Shown here one piece after another: positions 27,834 to 36,255 of a stretch of DNA of 64,000 nucleotides. Both the position numbers and the translations under genes were made by a program. Position 1 is the first letter of the stretch. Each line of letters starts with the position of its first letter. A model generated the notes under the pieces. That model was not told the DNA's origin, searched no databases, and saw only the letters and a program-made list of their open reading frames with translations. The stretch is from a virus. Location: IMG/VR virus record IMGVR_UViG_3300028581_002181, positions 52,457-116,456 of that record; one strand, given 5' to 3'.

Positions 27834-29297
27834 CTATACCTCCTCAAATAAGTTAGAAAATTGTGTTGAAGCATTCACTGTTTTTTTGCCTGTGGCGCCT
27901 CTGGTGCCTATGATACTCATCCAAAATCTATTGTATTCCTCAATCACTGCTTCTGCTGTGTCTCTGCTGTCTGTGGCAAATATTGCTTCCACTATGTCTT
28001 TGAATGCCACTTTATCAAATTTTTCTTCCACCAACATGCGTGGAGTTAATCCTGCGTCATACTGTCTGTTGGCTTCCTGCACAGCATTGATATGTGTCCA
28101 AACATTGTGTGCCATTTGTAATGTGTAACTGAATGAATCCCAAGATGTTTTGGGATCACCACCCACTTTGTTTTTGTCTCCTGGCGCATAGCAGGTCACA
28201 TCTTTCAACTGTAATCTTTGACTGATTGGGCTATCTTGAAAATTATCAAATATCTTTTCTTGCAACACAGCATCTCTAAACATTCTAGTGTCACCAGCAT
28301 ATTTTTTATCATCTATGCTGGCAGCCATTCTATATGACCATTTTTCTCTGTCTTTGATATCCACTTCTGTGTAAATTTGTCCATTAGCAGATGCTAGGAA
28401 TGGAGAAGCACAATCAAAACTCATAGTGAAATTTTCATTGTGATATTTTCGCACAGCTCTTTGTATGTCTGTCAACAACACTGCCCATTCCAGTTTGGAT
28501 GTGCCTAGGAAGTGCATCCAATCATGCACACCTTTTTCTAATAAGCCATCAAATCTCAATGCCACCAATCTTTTCAATATAAGATGCACATCACACATGT
28601 TCTGACCGCCCATTGCCCAACCATTAAAATGAGTGGTGGGATATTTTTTAGGATCACAGTAATCTTTCATCTGTTGATACCAATCATCTGCTTGTTGAAA
28701 GTTTTCACCTTGCAACACATTTAAAAACTTACAAGCACCCGTTCTAGTCTTCATGAAGTAATCATTGTTGATTCTGGTGCCATCCACTGCTTCTTGATAG
28801 GAATTGATATTGCTGGCTTTGGCACCTTCTGGAGAACGTGAAACCCATGCTGGAATATCCAATATCATACCATAGTCCATGTTGGCATCCATCCAAGTGA
28901 GCACCTGTTCTCGCTTCTTCTTGGCTCGGGGACAAGTGGGATCTTTCCAATTGCCTTCCCATACTCCTTTACCAATCTGAAACCCTCCTGAATCACCCAG
29001 TACAAAACTGGTTTTTCTATCTCGGTTTCTTATGATGTCATCTCTGGCACTAAATTTGTCCATGTTCAAGTCAGCATGACCTGCACTGTACAAATGCCAT
29101 CTGTAATGAAAATATGTGTTGGTGGGCACAAGATAATTCATGCCTTCTATGCCATGATTAAAAGCAGCCGGAATCCTATGAGGCAGAATATAATCTTTCT
29201 CATGTCTGGCTTTGCCTATATCTCTCGCATAGAAACTGCTCAACGCCGGCAGAAAAATAGCGTAATCCTTTTGTTGTGCTGTTAAGTCAGTGTGCAT
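27834..29297 (-). CDS. dpdA: Guanine transglycosylase, DpdA-like (TGT superfamily)
   Basis: DSGGFQ, MILDIP, VLQG, AMGG, HFLG and FDC catalytic motifs; no CxCxxC Zn site, only the HN remains. Confidence 0.75.
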   Translation of the reverse strand: MHTDLTAQQKDYAIFLPALSSFYARDIGKARHEKDYILPHRIPAAFNHGIEGMNYLVPTNTYFHYRWHLYSAGHADLNMDKFSARDDIIRNRDRKTSFVLGDSGGFQIGKGVWEGNWKDPTCPRAKKKREQVLTWMDANMDYGMILDIPAWVSRSPEGAKASNINSYQEAVDGTRINNDYFMKTRTGACKFLNVLQGENFQQADDWYQQMKDYCDPKKYPTTHFNGWAMGGQNMCDVHLILKRLVALRFDGLLEKGVHDWMHFLGTSKLEWAVLLTDIQRAVRKYHNENFTMSFDCASPFLASANGQIYTEVDIKDREKWSYRMAASIDDKKYAGDTRMFRDAVLQEKIFDNFQDSPISQRLQLKDVTCYAPGDKNKVGGDPKTSWDSFSYTLQMAHNVWTHINAVQEANRQYDAGLTPRMLVEEKFDKVAFKDIVEAIFATDSRDTAEAVIEEYNRFWMSIIGTRGATGKKTVNASTQFSNLFEEV

Positions 29298-29314
29298 AAA
29301 TTTACTTGTGTAAA

Positions 29315-30043
29315 CTATTTGGTCTGTGCTGGCAATATATAATTGTATTCAGCGATACCACTGTCCACAGTTAATTGCATAGCACCTTGATCACTAAGAC
29401 TCATTTTGATCTTGCCATCAAGATTCAATATGCTGATTACCTGTTGAATGGGCCAACTCCAACCTTGTTTCAATTCACCCACCACATTGGCTTGGAATAT
29501 AAAACTTCCTGCATGCGAATTAGCATCTCCAAAGTAAAACATCAAATTCTTGTTTTCAGTTTTTACTGTGAACACAGTTTCTTCTGTGTGTGCTGCTGCC
29601 TGCAGTTTTAATCTTTGAATACTGGCCAGTGTGGGTTCAAATTCTATGCTCCAAGCTGTGCCTTTAAACTTGATTGATTTAAGTTTTTCATTGATGATTT
29701 CAGTGTTCATAAATCTGTAATCATTTTGGAAATCACCTGATGAATTTTCAAAGTGAATATGAGTTGGAATTTCCACTCCATTGCGTGTGGCTTTGACCAC
29801 ATTTAATTTAGCGTCTTTTTGATACTCAGGACATTTCAAATGCAATGCCAGTTTGTCCAAGTTAGGCATACCAAATGTACCTGTAAATTCAAATACTTTT
29901 TTATTGGTTGTTGCTGAAAGAATAACTGATCTGTCTTCAGCCATACTTTCAATTTTGGTTTTTTCTTCGTTGGTAACTTTTACTAGACTCAAAAATCCTA
30001 ATTGATGAGTGTGTGCTACCACGTCTTGTAAGATGTCTTTCAT
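29315..30043 (-). CDS. DNA polymerase sliding clamp (gp45-like)
   Basis: 242 aa two-repeat beta pattern, C-terminal YNYILPA, located 1.3 kb from polB. Confidence 0.6.
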   Translation of the reverse strand: MKDILQDVVAHTHQLGFLSLVKVTNEEKTKIESMAEDRSVILSATTNKKVFEFTGTFGMPNLDKLALHLKCPEYQKDAKLNVVKATRNGVEIPTHIHFENSSGDFQNDYRFMNTEIINEKLKSIKFKGTAWSIEFEPTLASIQRLKLQAAAHTEETVFTVKTENKNLMFYFGDANSHAGSFIFQANVVGELKQGWSWPIQQVISILNLDGKIKMSLSDQGAMQLTVDSGIAEYNYILPAQTK

Positions 30044-30067
30044 TTTGTGTTCTCCATTGTTGTGTTC

Positions 30068-30096
30068 ATTATATTTAGGCCTTAGTCAGAAGTCAA
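30068..30096 (-). promoter_or_regulatory. Sigma70-type promoter
   Basis: TTGACT-17-TATAAT upstream of the clamp gene; overlaps a TAAATA at 30072-30077. Confidence 0.75.
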
Positions 30097-30849
30097 GTGA
30101 TATTTGTTTTTAATGTACTCAATCACATTAACTTTTGGTTCCCAACCTAAATCTCTTAATTCTTTGATATTGGCACAGTTGTCCATTCTTTCGAACTCAT
30201 CACCTTTAACTGATGCATAATTCGTTATGCCTGCCGAATCCACCAAAGTTTTTAAATTGTTGCTGATTCCACAGCCCACGTCTATTACTCCTGTGATGTC
30301 TTTGGTCATCAATAGATCTATGGCAGACACAATATCACTCACATGTATGAAATCTCTGGTATGATCAGTGATGTACTGTATGTTATTTTTGAATAATTTA
30401 GACATAAACATATCTGCACGGCCATCTTCAGCCCACACAGTGGTAAATCTTAATCCCAAACTATTTTTTGGTGCAATTTTTTCCATAGCAAATTTACTGA
30501 ATCCATAAGGATTCAATTCTGGTTCGGCAGCTGAACTGCTGCTGGCATATATTATCTTTGTGTTGGGAAAGGCAGCAAATAATTTTTGACTTGCCAACAC
30601 ATTATTTTGCCAATATTTTATAGGATTCTGTAAACTGTCTCGCACAGAAGCTATACCAGCCAAATGTATCACTAGATCCACATCATAATTTAAATCACAA
30701 GTGAGTAGATCTTGCTGATTGTTTCGATCCAATCCAATCACTGTGTGTGCAAATTCCAGCACTCCATTTCGCATCACTCTCACTGTGCTCAAATAATCAC
30801 GCAGATATGACCCTATAAATCCTAGATGTCCTGTCAATAGTATTTTCAT
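30082..30849 (-). CDS. NAD-dependent epimerase/dehydratase (extended SDR)
   Basis: TGHLGFIG, IHLA, ASSS, YGFSK (YxxxK), RDFIHVSD. Confidence 0.9.
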   Translation of the reverse strand: MKILLTGHLGFIGSYLRDYLSTVRVMRNGVLEFAHTVIGLDRNNQQDLLTCDLNYDVDLVIHLAGIASVRDSLQNPIKYWQNNVLASQKLFAAFPNTKIIYASSSSAAEPELNPYGFSKFAMEKIAPKNSLGLRFTTVWAEDGRADMFMSKLFKNNIQYITDHTRDFIHVSDIVSAIDLLMTKDITGVIDVGCGISNNLKTLVDSAGITNYASVKGDEFERMDNCANIKELRDLGWEPKVNVIEYIKNKYHLTSD

Positions 30850-31385
30850 TTTTTCTTCACTCCCAGTTGTTTAAAAACTTGTTGCACACATTTGGCCTGA
30901 TAGTAACAGTCAGCCAATGCATTGTGTAGACTGCTCTGCATGCTCTTTCTAGGATCCTCAGGCATCAGATCAAACAGTGTGCGACTGTCTCTAATCTGCC
31001 AATAGTTGAAAGGCACAGGTGTACGAGCTTGTTCATATAAATTTTGTATGATGGCATAGTCAAACAATGGACCTTGACACCACAGCTGATCCAATCCCAC
31101 ACACCATTTGTTGAATTCTTTGGCAAAGTCTGCAATGATCACTCGATCTGTGTCTCCCAATGCTTCATCACGTATCTCGGGTGCCTGTCTGCCCCACCAT
31201 TCGATGGTGCCTTCATCCACAGTTCTACCCAATGCAGTCTGTTCATCCACATTCAATCTCCAGTATCTGCCTTCATAAGGTTCCGAATCTGAGTGTGGAT
31301 CAAACTTGATAGCGCCCACAGTCAATATGGCAGCATCTGGTCGAGTGCCTAATGTTTCTAAATCTACCATGCCGTATCTTGCCAT
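30846..31385 (-). CDS. DEDD 3'-5' exonuclease (T4 DexA-like)
   Basis: VDLET, QGPLFD, RDSRT, HNALAD. Confidence 0.8.
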   Translation of the reverse strand: MARYGMVDLETLGTRPDAAILTVGAIKFDPHSDSEPYEGRYWRLNVDEQTALGRTVDEGTIEWWGRQAPEIRDEALGDTDRVIIADFAKEFNKWCVGLDQLWCQGPLFDYAIIQNLYEQARTPVPFNYWQIRDSRTLFDLMPEDPRKSMQSSLHNALADCYYQAKCVQQVFKQLGVKKK

Positions 31386-34058
31386 CTAATCTCCCAAGTC
31401 AAATAATGTGTTGAATGTGTTGCCTGTTTCTGTGCTTTGAATATCCCAATCCAGCACTCCCAACAGGTTGCCCAATTTACTATCGATCACTGTGGTCTCC
31501 ATGGCTGCATGATCAAAAGGTAATTCTTTAAACCATTGTGGTATTCTCAATTGATCTGTGGGATAGGCCACACTGGTATAATCTAACGGGTTATTTTTAA
31601 GTTTGCACACAATCACTTTCATACCATCCACAATCTCTATACTGTATCTGTCATTGTTCATGCGTTTGAGTGTGTTCCAATTGATGCTGGCTCTCACATG
31701 TCCTGGCATGTTGGCTTTGCCTTGTGCTTTTTCTTTCTTTTGATAATCTGCCACATTGTTGGCACGTTTGGGTGAGCCTTTTTCCCAACCTGGACGCAGT
31801 TTGAATTCATTTCTAAATGTGCTGATTCTTTCCAGCACTGCTTTCTCATCCGATTTGGTCAACACCATCAGTAATATCTCACTCAAAAAATCCTGCACGA
31901 ACACCGGAGTGTCCGAACGTTTGAGATCCAATCCCATGGCTTTTACTTTGCCTGGTTTTCCTTCTACATCCATACGATTGCCTTCCAATTCATATATCAG
32001 CACAGCATATCTTTTTTTAGTGATAAACAATCCTGTTTCACTGATGGATTCACGACCTGCTTGAATCACTTCTGCTCTTGTTTTTGGACAATGAAATGCT
32101 TCACTCATGAATGCTTTAAAACTGTTGTTGACTTCTTCAGCCACTTGATCATACAGTCTAATCACACTCTCTTTGCTCCAAGGAATCAATCCAGCATCAA
32201 TATCTTTCTTTAAAACTTTGTAAGCACTAAAATAAGCAGAGTCTGTGTCACCATATATCACAGCATCACCCAGATGATCGTATGTGCCTGTGATCACTTC
32301 GTTGATCTTGGCTGCCATGTGTTTGCTGATGGTTCTACCTGTGAGCGTGGTGGATTGACCTATGCGTTTATCAAAGAATCTACAGCCTGGATTCAATATG
32401 GCACCATACAGCGAATTCAAATTAATTTTTTTGACCAATTGTCTTTTGTCCCAAAATTCAATTTCTGCTTGATTGCTGGCATGTTGTGCTTTCTTTTTCA
32501 TGGCTTGCATTTCTGTTCTTTCCTGATACCATGTTTTCAACAAGCCAGGAATAACTCCTTCAAACTCTGTGGTAAACATGGTGCCATTGGCACTGATCAT
32601 GATGGGATTTCTGCTTTCAAATATCATTTTGTAAATTTCTGCACCACTTTTTACCTCGGTTCTACCATCTTCCCAATCAATGGTGATGGGCTGATCTCGT
32701 CTCTGAGTCATCACATATTCATACTCCAAACTGCCAAATTTGTTTTCCCATGCTGCTGCAAATGATTTGCCTTGCAGATTAATCTGATCCTGTAGGAATG
32801 CTTCAGTGTAGGTGGGTCTCAATTGTCCTACCACACATTCAGGAGCCATGTTGAGTGCTCTGATCACACTAGGATACAGTGAATTCAAGTCCATGGATCC
32901 TATCCAGTCATGCAGTCCTTTTTTGGGAAATGCCACATAAGCACCTGCTGCAGTGGTGTCATCACCCTCTGCTCTGTGTGGTCTATTGGGCACTTGCAAT
33001 CCTCTTTTGTGTGCTTCATTGATAATGGCTTGCTCAGTCACGGCCACTGCTCCCATAGTGGTTTGCATCAACACAGTGTTGGCGTGTGCCAGTTCATTGC
33101 TGAGTTCTAAAAATTTAAGTTTTTTATCCAAATTGTTCAGCAGTTGCACGTCCTGTCTATTGTATTCCACAAAAGTTTTAAAATCTTGGTTGTACAATTG
33201 ATCCAAGGTGCCTTCATACACTGTTTTCTTCTCTCCCAACTCCATTTCACCTATGGCATCCAATCTGTATGTGTGGCGTTCTTCATAGGTATATTTTCTA
33301 TACAGTTCCAAACTGTCTATGTGTACTCTGCCCACTAGATCATAGGTTTCTTGCTCACGTCCATACTTTTCAAAAGTTCTTTTTTTGGGCATCTGTGACC
33401 ACAAACAAAAACGTCTGGTGTCATCTTTGCTCAATACTTTGCTGACTCTATTCACTAGATAAGGCATATCATAGCCTTCTGAGTTCCATCCACTCAGCAC
33501 ATCCACATCTTCTATGATGTCCAAGAATGCCTGCAGCATGTCTGCTTCACGCTCATACAGATACAAATTTTCAATGTGCTTGGTCTGCTCTCGGGCTTGC
33601 TCCATGTTTAATGTCTTGGGAATCAGTGCAAAAGTAACCATGCTGTTGATCCATTGTAGATACACAGTGATGGCAGTGACTGGCATGAAGGGGTCTGAGG
33701 GATCAGCGAATCCTTTTTCAGGATCAAAGTCTGCTTCTATGTCAAAAAATGCCACATTCAGTTTGGGAGCATCGTGGTTGAGATAATTGGCACTGAGACA
33801 TTGAAATATGGGATTGATGTCGGATTCAAATAATTTTTTGTTCCTATTGATGGCCAATTCTTTGTGAAAGTCTTTGGTGTTTTTGCTGACGATCCTGCTG
33901 AGACTGTTGCCATAGATACTTCTAAATTTGCCATTGGCATCTTCATAAAAAAATGTGTATCTAATGGGATATTCTTTGTAGATTCTTTTGCCTTCTTTGC
34001 GTTCTACCACGCGAATGATATCGTGATTTCTATCGAAAAATGCGTCTATGTAACTCAT
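31386..34058 (-). CDS. Family B DNA polymerase (T4 gp43-like)
   Basis: Exo motifs FDIE, GWNSEGYD, YNRQD; polymerase motifs DLNSLYPS, KINLNSLYG, YGDTDS. Confidence 0.95.
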   Translation of the reverse strand: MSYIDAFFDRNHDIIRVVERKEGKRIYKEYPIRYTFFYEDANGKFRSIYGNSLSRIVSKNTKDFHKELAINRNKKLFESDINPIFQCLSANYLNHDAPKLNVAFFDIEADFDPEKGFADPSDPFMPVTAITVYLQWINSMVTFALIPKTLNMEQAREQTKHIENLYLYEREADMLQAFLDIIEDVDVLSGWNSEGYDMPYLVNRVSKVLSKDDTRRFCLWSQMPKKRTFEKYGREQETYDLVGRVHIDSLELYRKYTYEERHTYRLDAIGEMELGEKKTVYEGTLDQLYNQDFKTFVEYNRQDVQLLNNLDKKLKFLELSNELAHANTVLMQTTMGAVAVTEQAIINEAHKRGLQVPNRPHRAEGDDTTAAGAYVAFPKKGLHDWIGSMDLNSLYPSVIRALNMAPECVVGQLRPTYTEAFLQDQINLQGKSFAAAWENKFGSLEYEYVMTQRRDQPITIDWEDGRTEVKSGAEIYKMIFESRNPIMISANGTMFTTEFEGVIPGLLKTWYQERTEMQAMKKKAQHASNQAEIEFWDKRQLVKKINLNSLYGAILNPGCRFFDKRIGQSTTLTGRTISKHMAAKINEVITGTYDHLGDAVIYGDTDSAYFSAYKVLKKDIDAGLIPWSKESVIRLYDQVAEEVNNSFKAFMSEAFHCPKTRAEVIQAGRESISETGLFITKKRYAVLIYELEGNRMDVEGKPGKVKAMGLDLKRSDTPVFVQDFLSEILLMVLTKSDEKAVLERISTFRNEFKLRPGWEKGSPKRANNVADYQKKEKAQGKANMPGHVRASINWNTLKRMNNDRYSIEIVDGMKVIVCKLKNNPLDYTSVAYPTDQLRIPQWFKELPFDHAAMETTVIDSKLGNLLGVLDWDIQSTETGNTFNTLFDLGD

Positions 34059-34071
34059 ATGTTCCCATCCA

Positions 34072-34117
34072 TGTCATTTGAGGCTGACACATACCAAACA
34101 ATCGCTTATGGCCGATT
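34072..34117 (-). promoter_or_regulatory. Two stem-loops in the polymerase mRNA leader (candidate translational operator)
   Basis: AATCG-8-CGATT (34100-34117) and TGTCA-8-TGACA (34072-34089), the latter next to the SD. Confidence 0.5.
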
Positions 34118-34122
34118 ATGCC

Positions 34123-34362
34123 TTACCTAATATAGTATAACAGTATACCACCTATGCCCACACATGTCAACACAATGTTGGTCACTATGAGTGCCGATTC
34201 TCGCCAAATCAATGCCACCATCAACCAAAACACGCCACCCAAAGCCAGCAGTGCCGGACCCATGGGGTATAGTTCTGGAAAACCAGCATTCACAAATGTG
34301 CCCACTATCAGTATGGCAGTGGCAATCCATTTGAGGATTTGATCTAGCTTATTTGGTTTCAT
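34123..34362 (-). CDS. Three-helix membrane microprotein (start MKPNKL)
   Basis: Three hydrophobic segments. Confidence 0.65.
   Translation of the reverse strand: MKPNKLDQILKWIATAILIVGTFVNAGFPELYPMGPALLALGGVFWLMVALIWRESALIVTNIVLTCVGIGGILLYYIR
34142..34170 (-). promoter_or_regulatory. Sigma70-type promoter for the polymerase
   Basis: TTGACA-17-TATACT embedded in the 3' end of the upstream gene. Confidence 0.7.
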
Positions 34363-35401
34363 GTCTGTCAAAAATTCTATTGATCACATTGTTCACTCTC
34401 ACAAAATGAGCACACTTGGGCATGTCTTTGATGCGTCTGGCTCCAATGTAGGTGCAGGTGCTTCGCACACCACCCAATATCTGTTCCACTGTGTCTTTCA
34501 CAGAACCTCTGTCTTCCAACAGCACAGTCTTGCCTTCGGTGCCTCTGTAGCCATCTTTCCTTGCACCGTGTTGTTCAAATGCTGATTCCGAACTCATGCC
34601 GTAGAACACTCGCTTGCCATCTTGCAGTTCCAATTCTGATTCGTCATGTGCTGCCAGCATGCCTCCCAGCATCACCATGTGAGCACCTGCGCCTAATGCT
34701 TTGGCAATGTCTCCTGGCTGTGTGCAACCACCATCTGCTATGATGTGTCCGCCCACGCCGTTGGCAGCATCTGCACATTCTATCACTGCTGAAAATTGTG
34801 GCACTCCCACTCCGGTCTGTGTTCTTGTGGTGCACACTGATCCTGGACCTATGCCAATCTTGACCACGTCTGCTCCGTTGATAATCAATTCTTCCACCAT
34901 TTCTGGTGACACCACGTTGCCTGCTATGATGGTCTTGTCGGGAAATTCTGATCTAATTCTTTTGACAAAGTCCACAAACTGCTCGTGATATGCGTTGGCC
35001 ACATCTATGGTGATCATGTTGACATCTGGGTATTTTACCATGACCTTTTTCAAGGTTTGATAGTCGGGAGAATTGTTGTCCCATATGGCACCTGTGCCTG
35101 TGCATGCACTCACATATTGTAATTTTAATCCAGTGCCCATTGCTCTGTCCCAATCTTCAATGGTGTAATGTTTTCTTAACACAGTCAGCAGTTTGTATTC
35201 CTGCAATGCTCTGGCCATGCTGAATGTGCCCACGCCATCCATGTTGCTGGCCACTATGGGCACAAATGCAATCTGTTGTTTGCTATTACGAAATGTGAAA
35301 TCTCTGGTCATGTCCACATCACGTCTTGAACTCAGTGTGGATCTTTTGGGTTTTAATAGTACGTCTGCGTAATCAAGATGTATGTTATAATCTATTCTCA
35401 T
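34349..35401 (-). CDS. guaC: GMP reductase
   Basis: LDYADVLLKPKRS, SNMDGVGT, IDVAN, KIGIGPGSVCTTR, IADGG, STCTY. Confidence 0.93.
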   Translation of the reverse strand: MRIDYNIHLDYADVLLKPKRSTLSSRRDVDMTRDFTFRNSKQQIAFVPIVASNMDGVGTFSMARALQEYKLLTVLRKHYTIEDWDRAMGTGLKLQYVSACTGTGAIWDNNSPDYQTLKKVMVKYPDVNMITIDVANAYHEQFVDFVKRIRSEFPDKTIIAGNVVSPEMVEELIINGADVVKIGIGPGSVCTTRTQTGVGVPQFSAVIECADAANGVGGHIIADGGCTQPGDIAKALGAGAHMVMLGGMLAAHDESELELQDGKRVFYGMSSESAFEQHGARKDGYRGTEGKTVLLEDRGSVKDTVEQILGGVRSTCTYIGARRIKDMPKCAHFVRVNNVINRIFDRHETK

Positions 35402-35691
35402 TTAAAAAAATCCTTTGCGTTTACTGCTCTGTCATCCACCCAAACATCATACACTGGTTTGCCCAAATTTACTGAATGGAATCTGCAACCCCATTCTGTC
35501 AATTGTTGACGTGTCAACTCACTCCAATCTTTGCCGGAGTTGCCACCTCTTGCTGTGTAATAATGAATTTCGTGTCCATCATCATACAACTGATTAACCT
35601 GAGCAATGCGTGCGATGTCAGGTGTACTGTTGACATAATCGCTGCCTTTATTATAACAGATTGTGTTGTCAATGTCAATGATGTACTTCAT
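35398..35691 (-). CDS. Small HAD-family phosphatase (capsule-biosynthesis phosphatase-like)
   Basis: DIDNT, YTARG, GKP, WVDDRA. Confidence 0.8.
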   Translation of the reverse strand: MKYIIDIDNTICYNKGSDYVNSTPDIARIAQVNQLYDDGHEIHYYTARGGNSGKDWSELTRQQLTEWGCRFHSVNLGKPVYDVWVDDRAVNAKDFFK

Positions 35692-35695
35692 TCTT

Positions 35696-35920
35696 TTACC
35701 AAACGTGTTTGAGCCAATTGTGCACTGCTATCAGTGCAATGACGAGGAAATATATCTGCTGTGTTTGTCTGGCTCTATCCTTGTCCAGTATGGCAATGTA
35801 ATACCATAAGGATATGGATGCTAGGCAGATCAACCATCCCAACCATTGAATGCTGATGATGGCCGTGGCGTGTATGGTGGCTGCTGTGATTCCAAAACCT
35901 GCCGCTACCCATCTGATCAT
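35696..35920 (-). CDS. Three-helix membrane microprotein
   Basis: Same layout as 34123..34362: W.A.......T...A, W...A..., third helix. Confidence 0.6.
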   Translation of the reverse strand: MIRWVAAGFGITAATIHATAIISIQWLGWLICLASISLWYYIAILDKDRARQTQQIYFLVIALIAVHNWLKHVW

Positions 35921-35926
35921 TGGGTA

Positions 35927-36184
35927 TTACTTGTCTTTGCCCACTGCTATCACCAAGTTTTCTAGATTATCAAACTCTTCAGCAACTTTGTTCCAATCAC
36001 CTTTTTGAGCAATTTTGATCGCTCTGTTGATGATGGCTGGTTTAATTTCCAATTCTTCTGCCACTGCTTTGATGGTGTCTTTCAAACCTGTGTTTAAATC
36101 TTCAATTTCTGAAAGCACATTCACACCTTCATCCACTATTTTTTTAAGTTTGGCTTGTTCTTCTGGGCCATATGTTCTTGCCAT
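35927..36184 (-). CDS. Small dsDNA-binding protein (T4 DsbA/GapR-like)
   Basis: Helical K.IVDE...I..L...LKD.IK.......KP.II.R.IKI pattern; GGAG SD. Confidence 0.55.
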   Translation of the reverse strand: MARTYGPEEQAKLKKIVDEGVNVLSEIEDLNTGLKDTIKAVAEELEIKPAIINRAIKIAQKGDWNKVAEEFDNLENLVIAVGKDK

Positions 36185-36212
36185 TTGTGTCTCCTTTGGT
36201 TAAGATTGTTGT

Positions 36213-36241
36213 ATTTTACTGTCATATTGTGTCAAAGTCAA
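36213..36241 (-). promoter_or_regulatory. Sigma70-type promoter
   Basis: TTGACT-17-TAAAAT, with a second TTGACA directly inside the spacer. Confidence 0.6.
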
Positions 36242-36255
36242 TGATTTTATTTCAA

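Noticed and set aside
31386-34058. Intein or intron in the DNA polymerase
   Set aside because: The 890-aa ORF is continuous, has all motifs at normal spacing, and shows no homing-endonuclease or intein signature.
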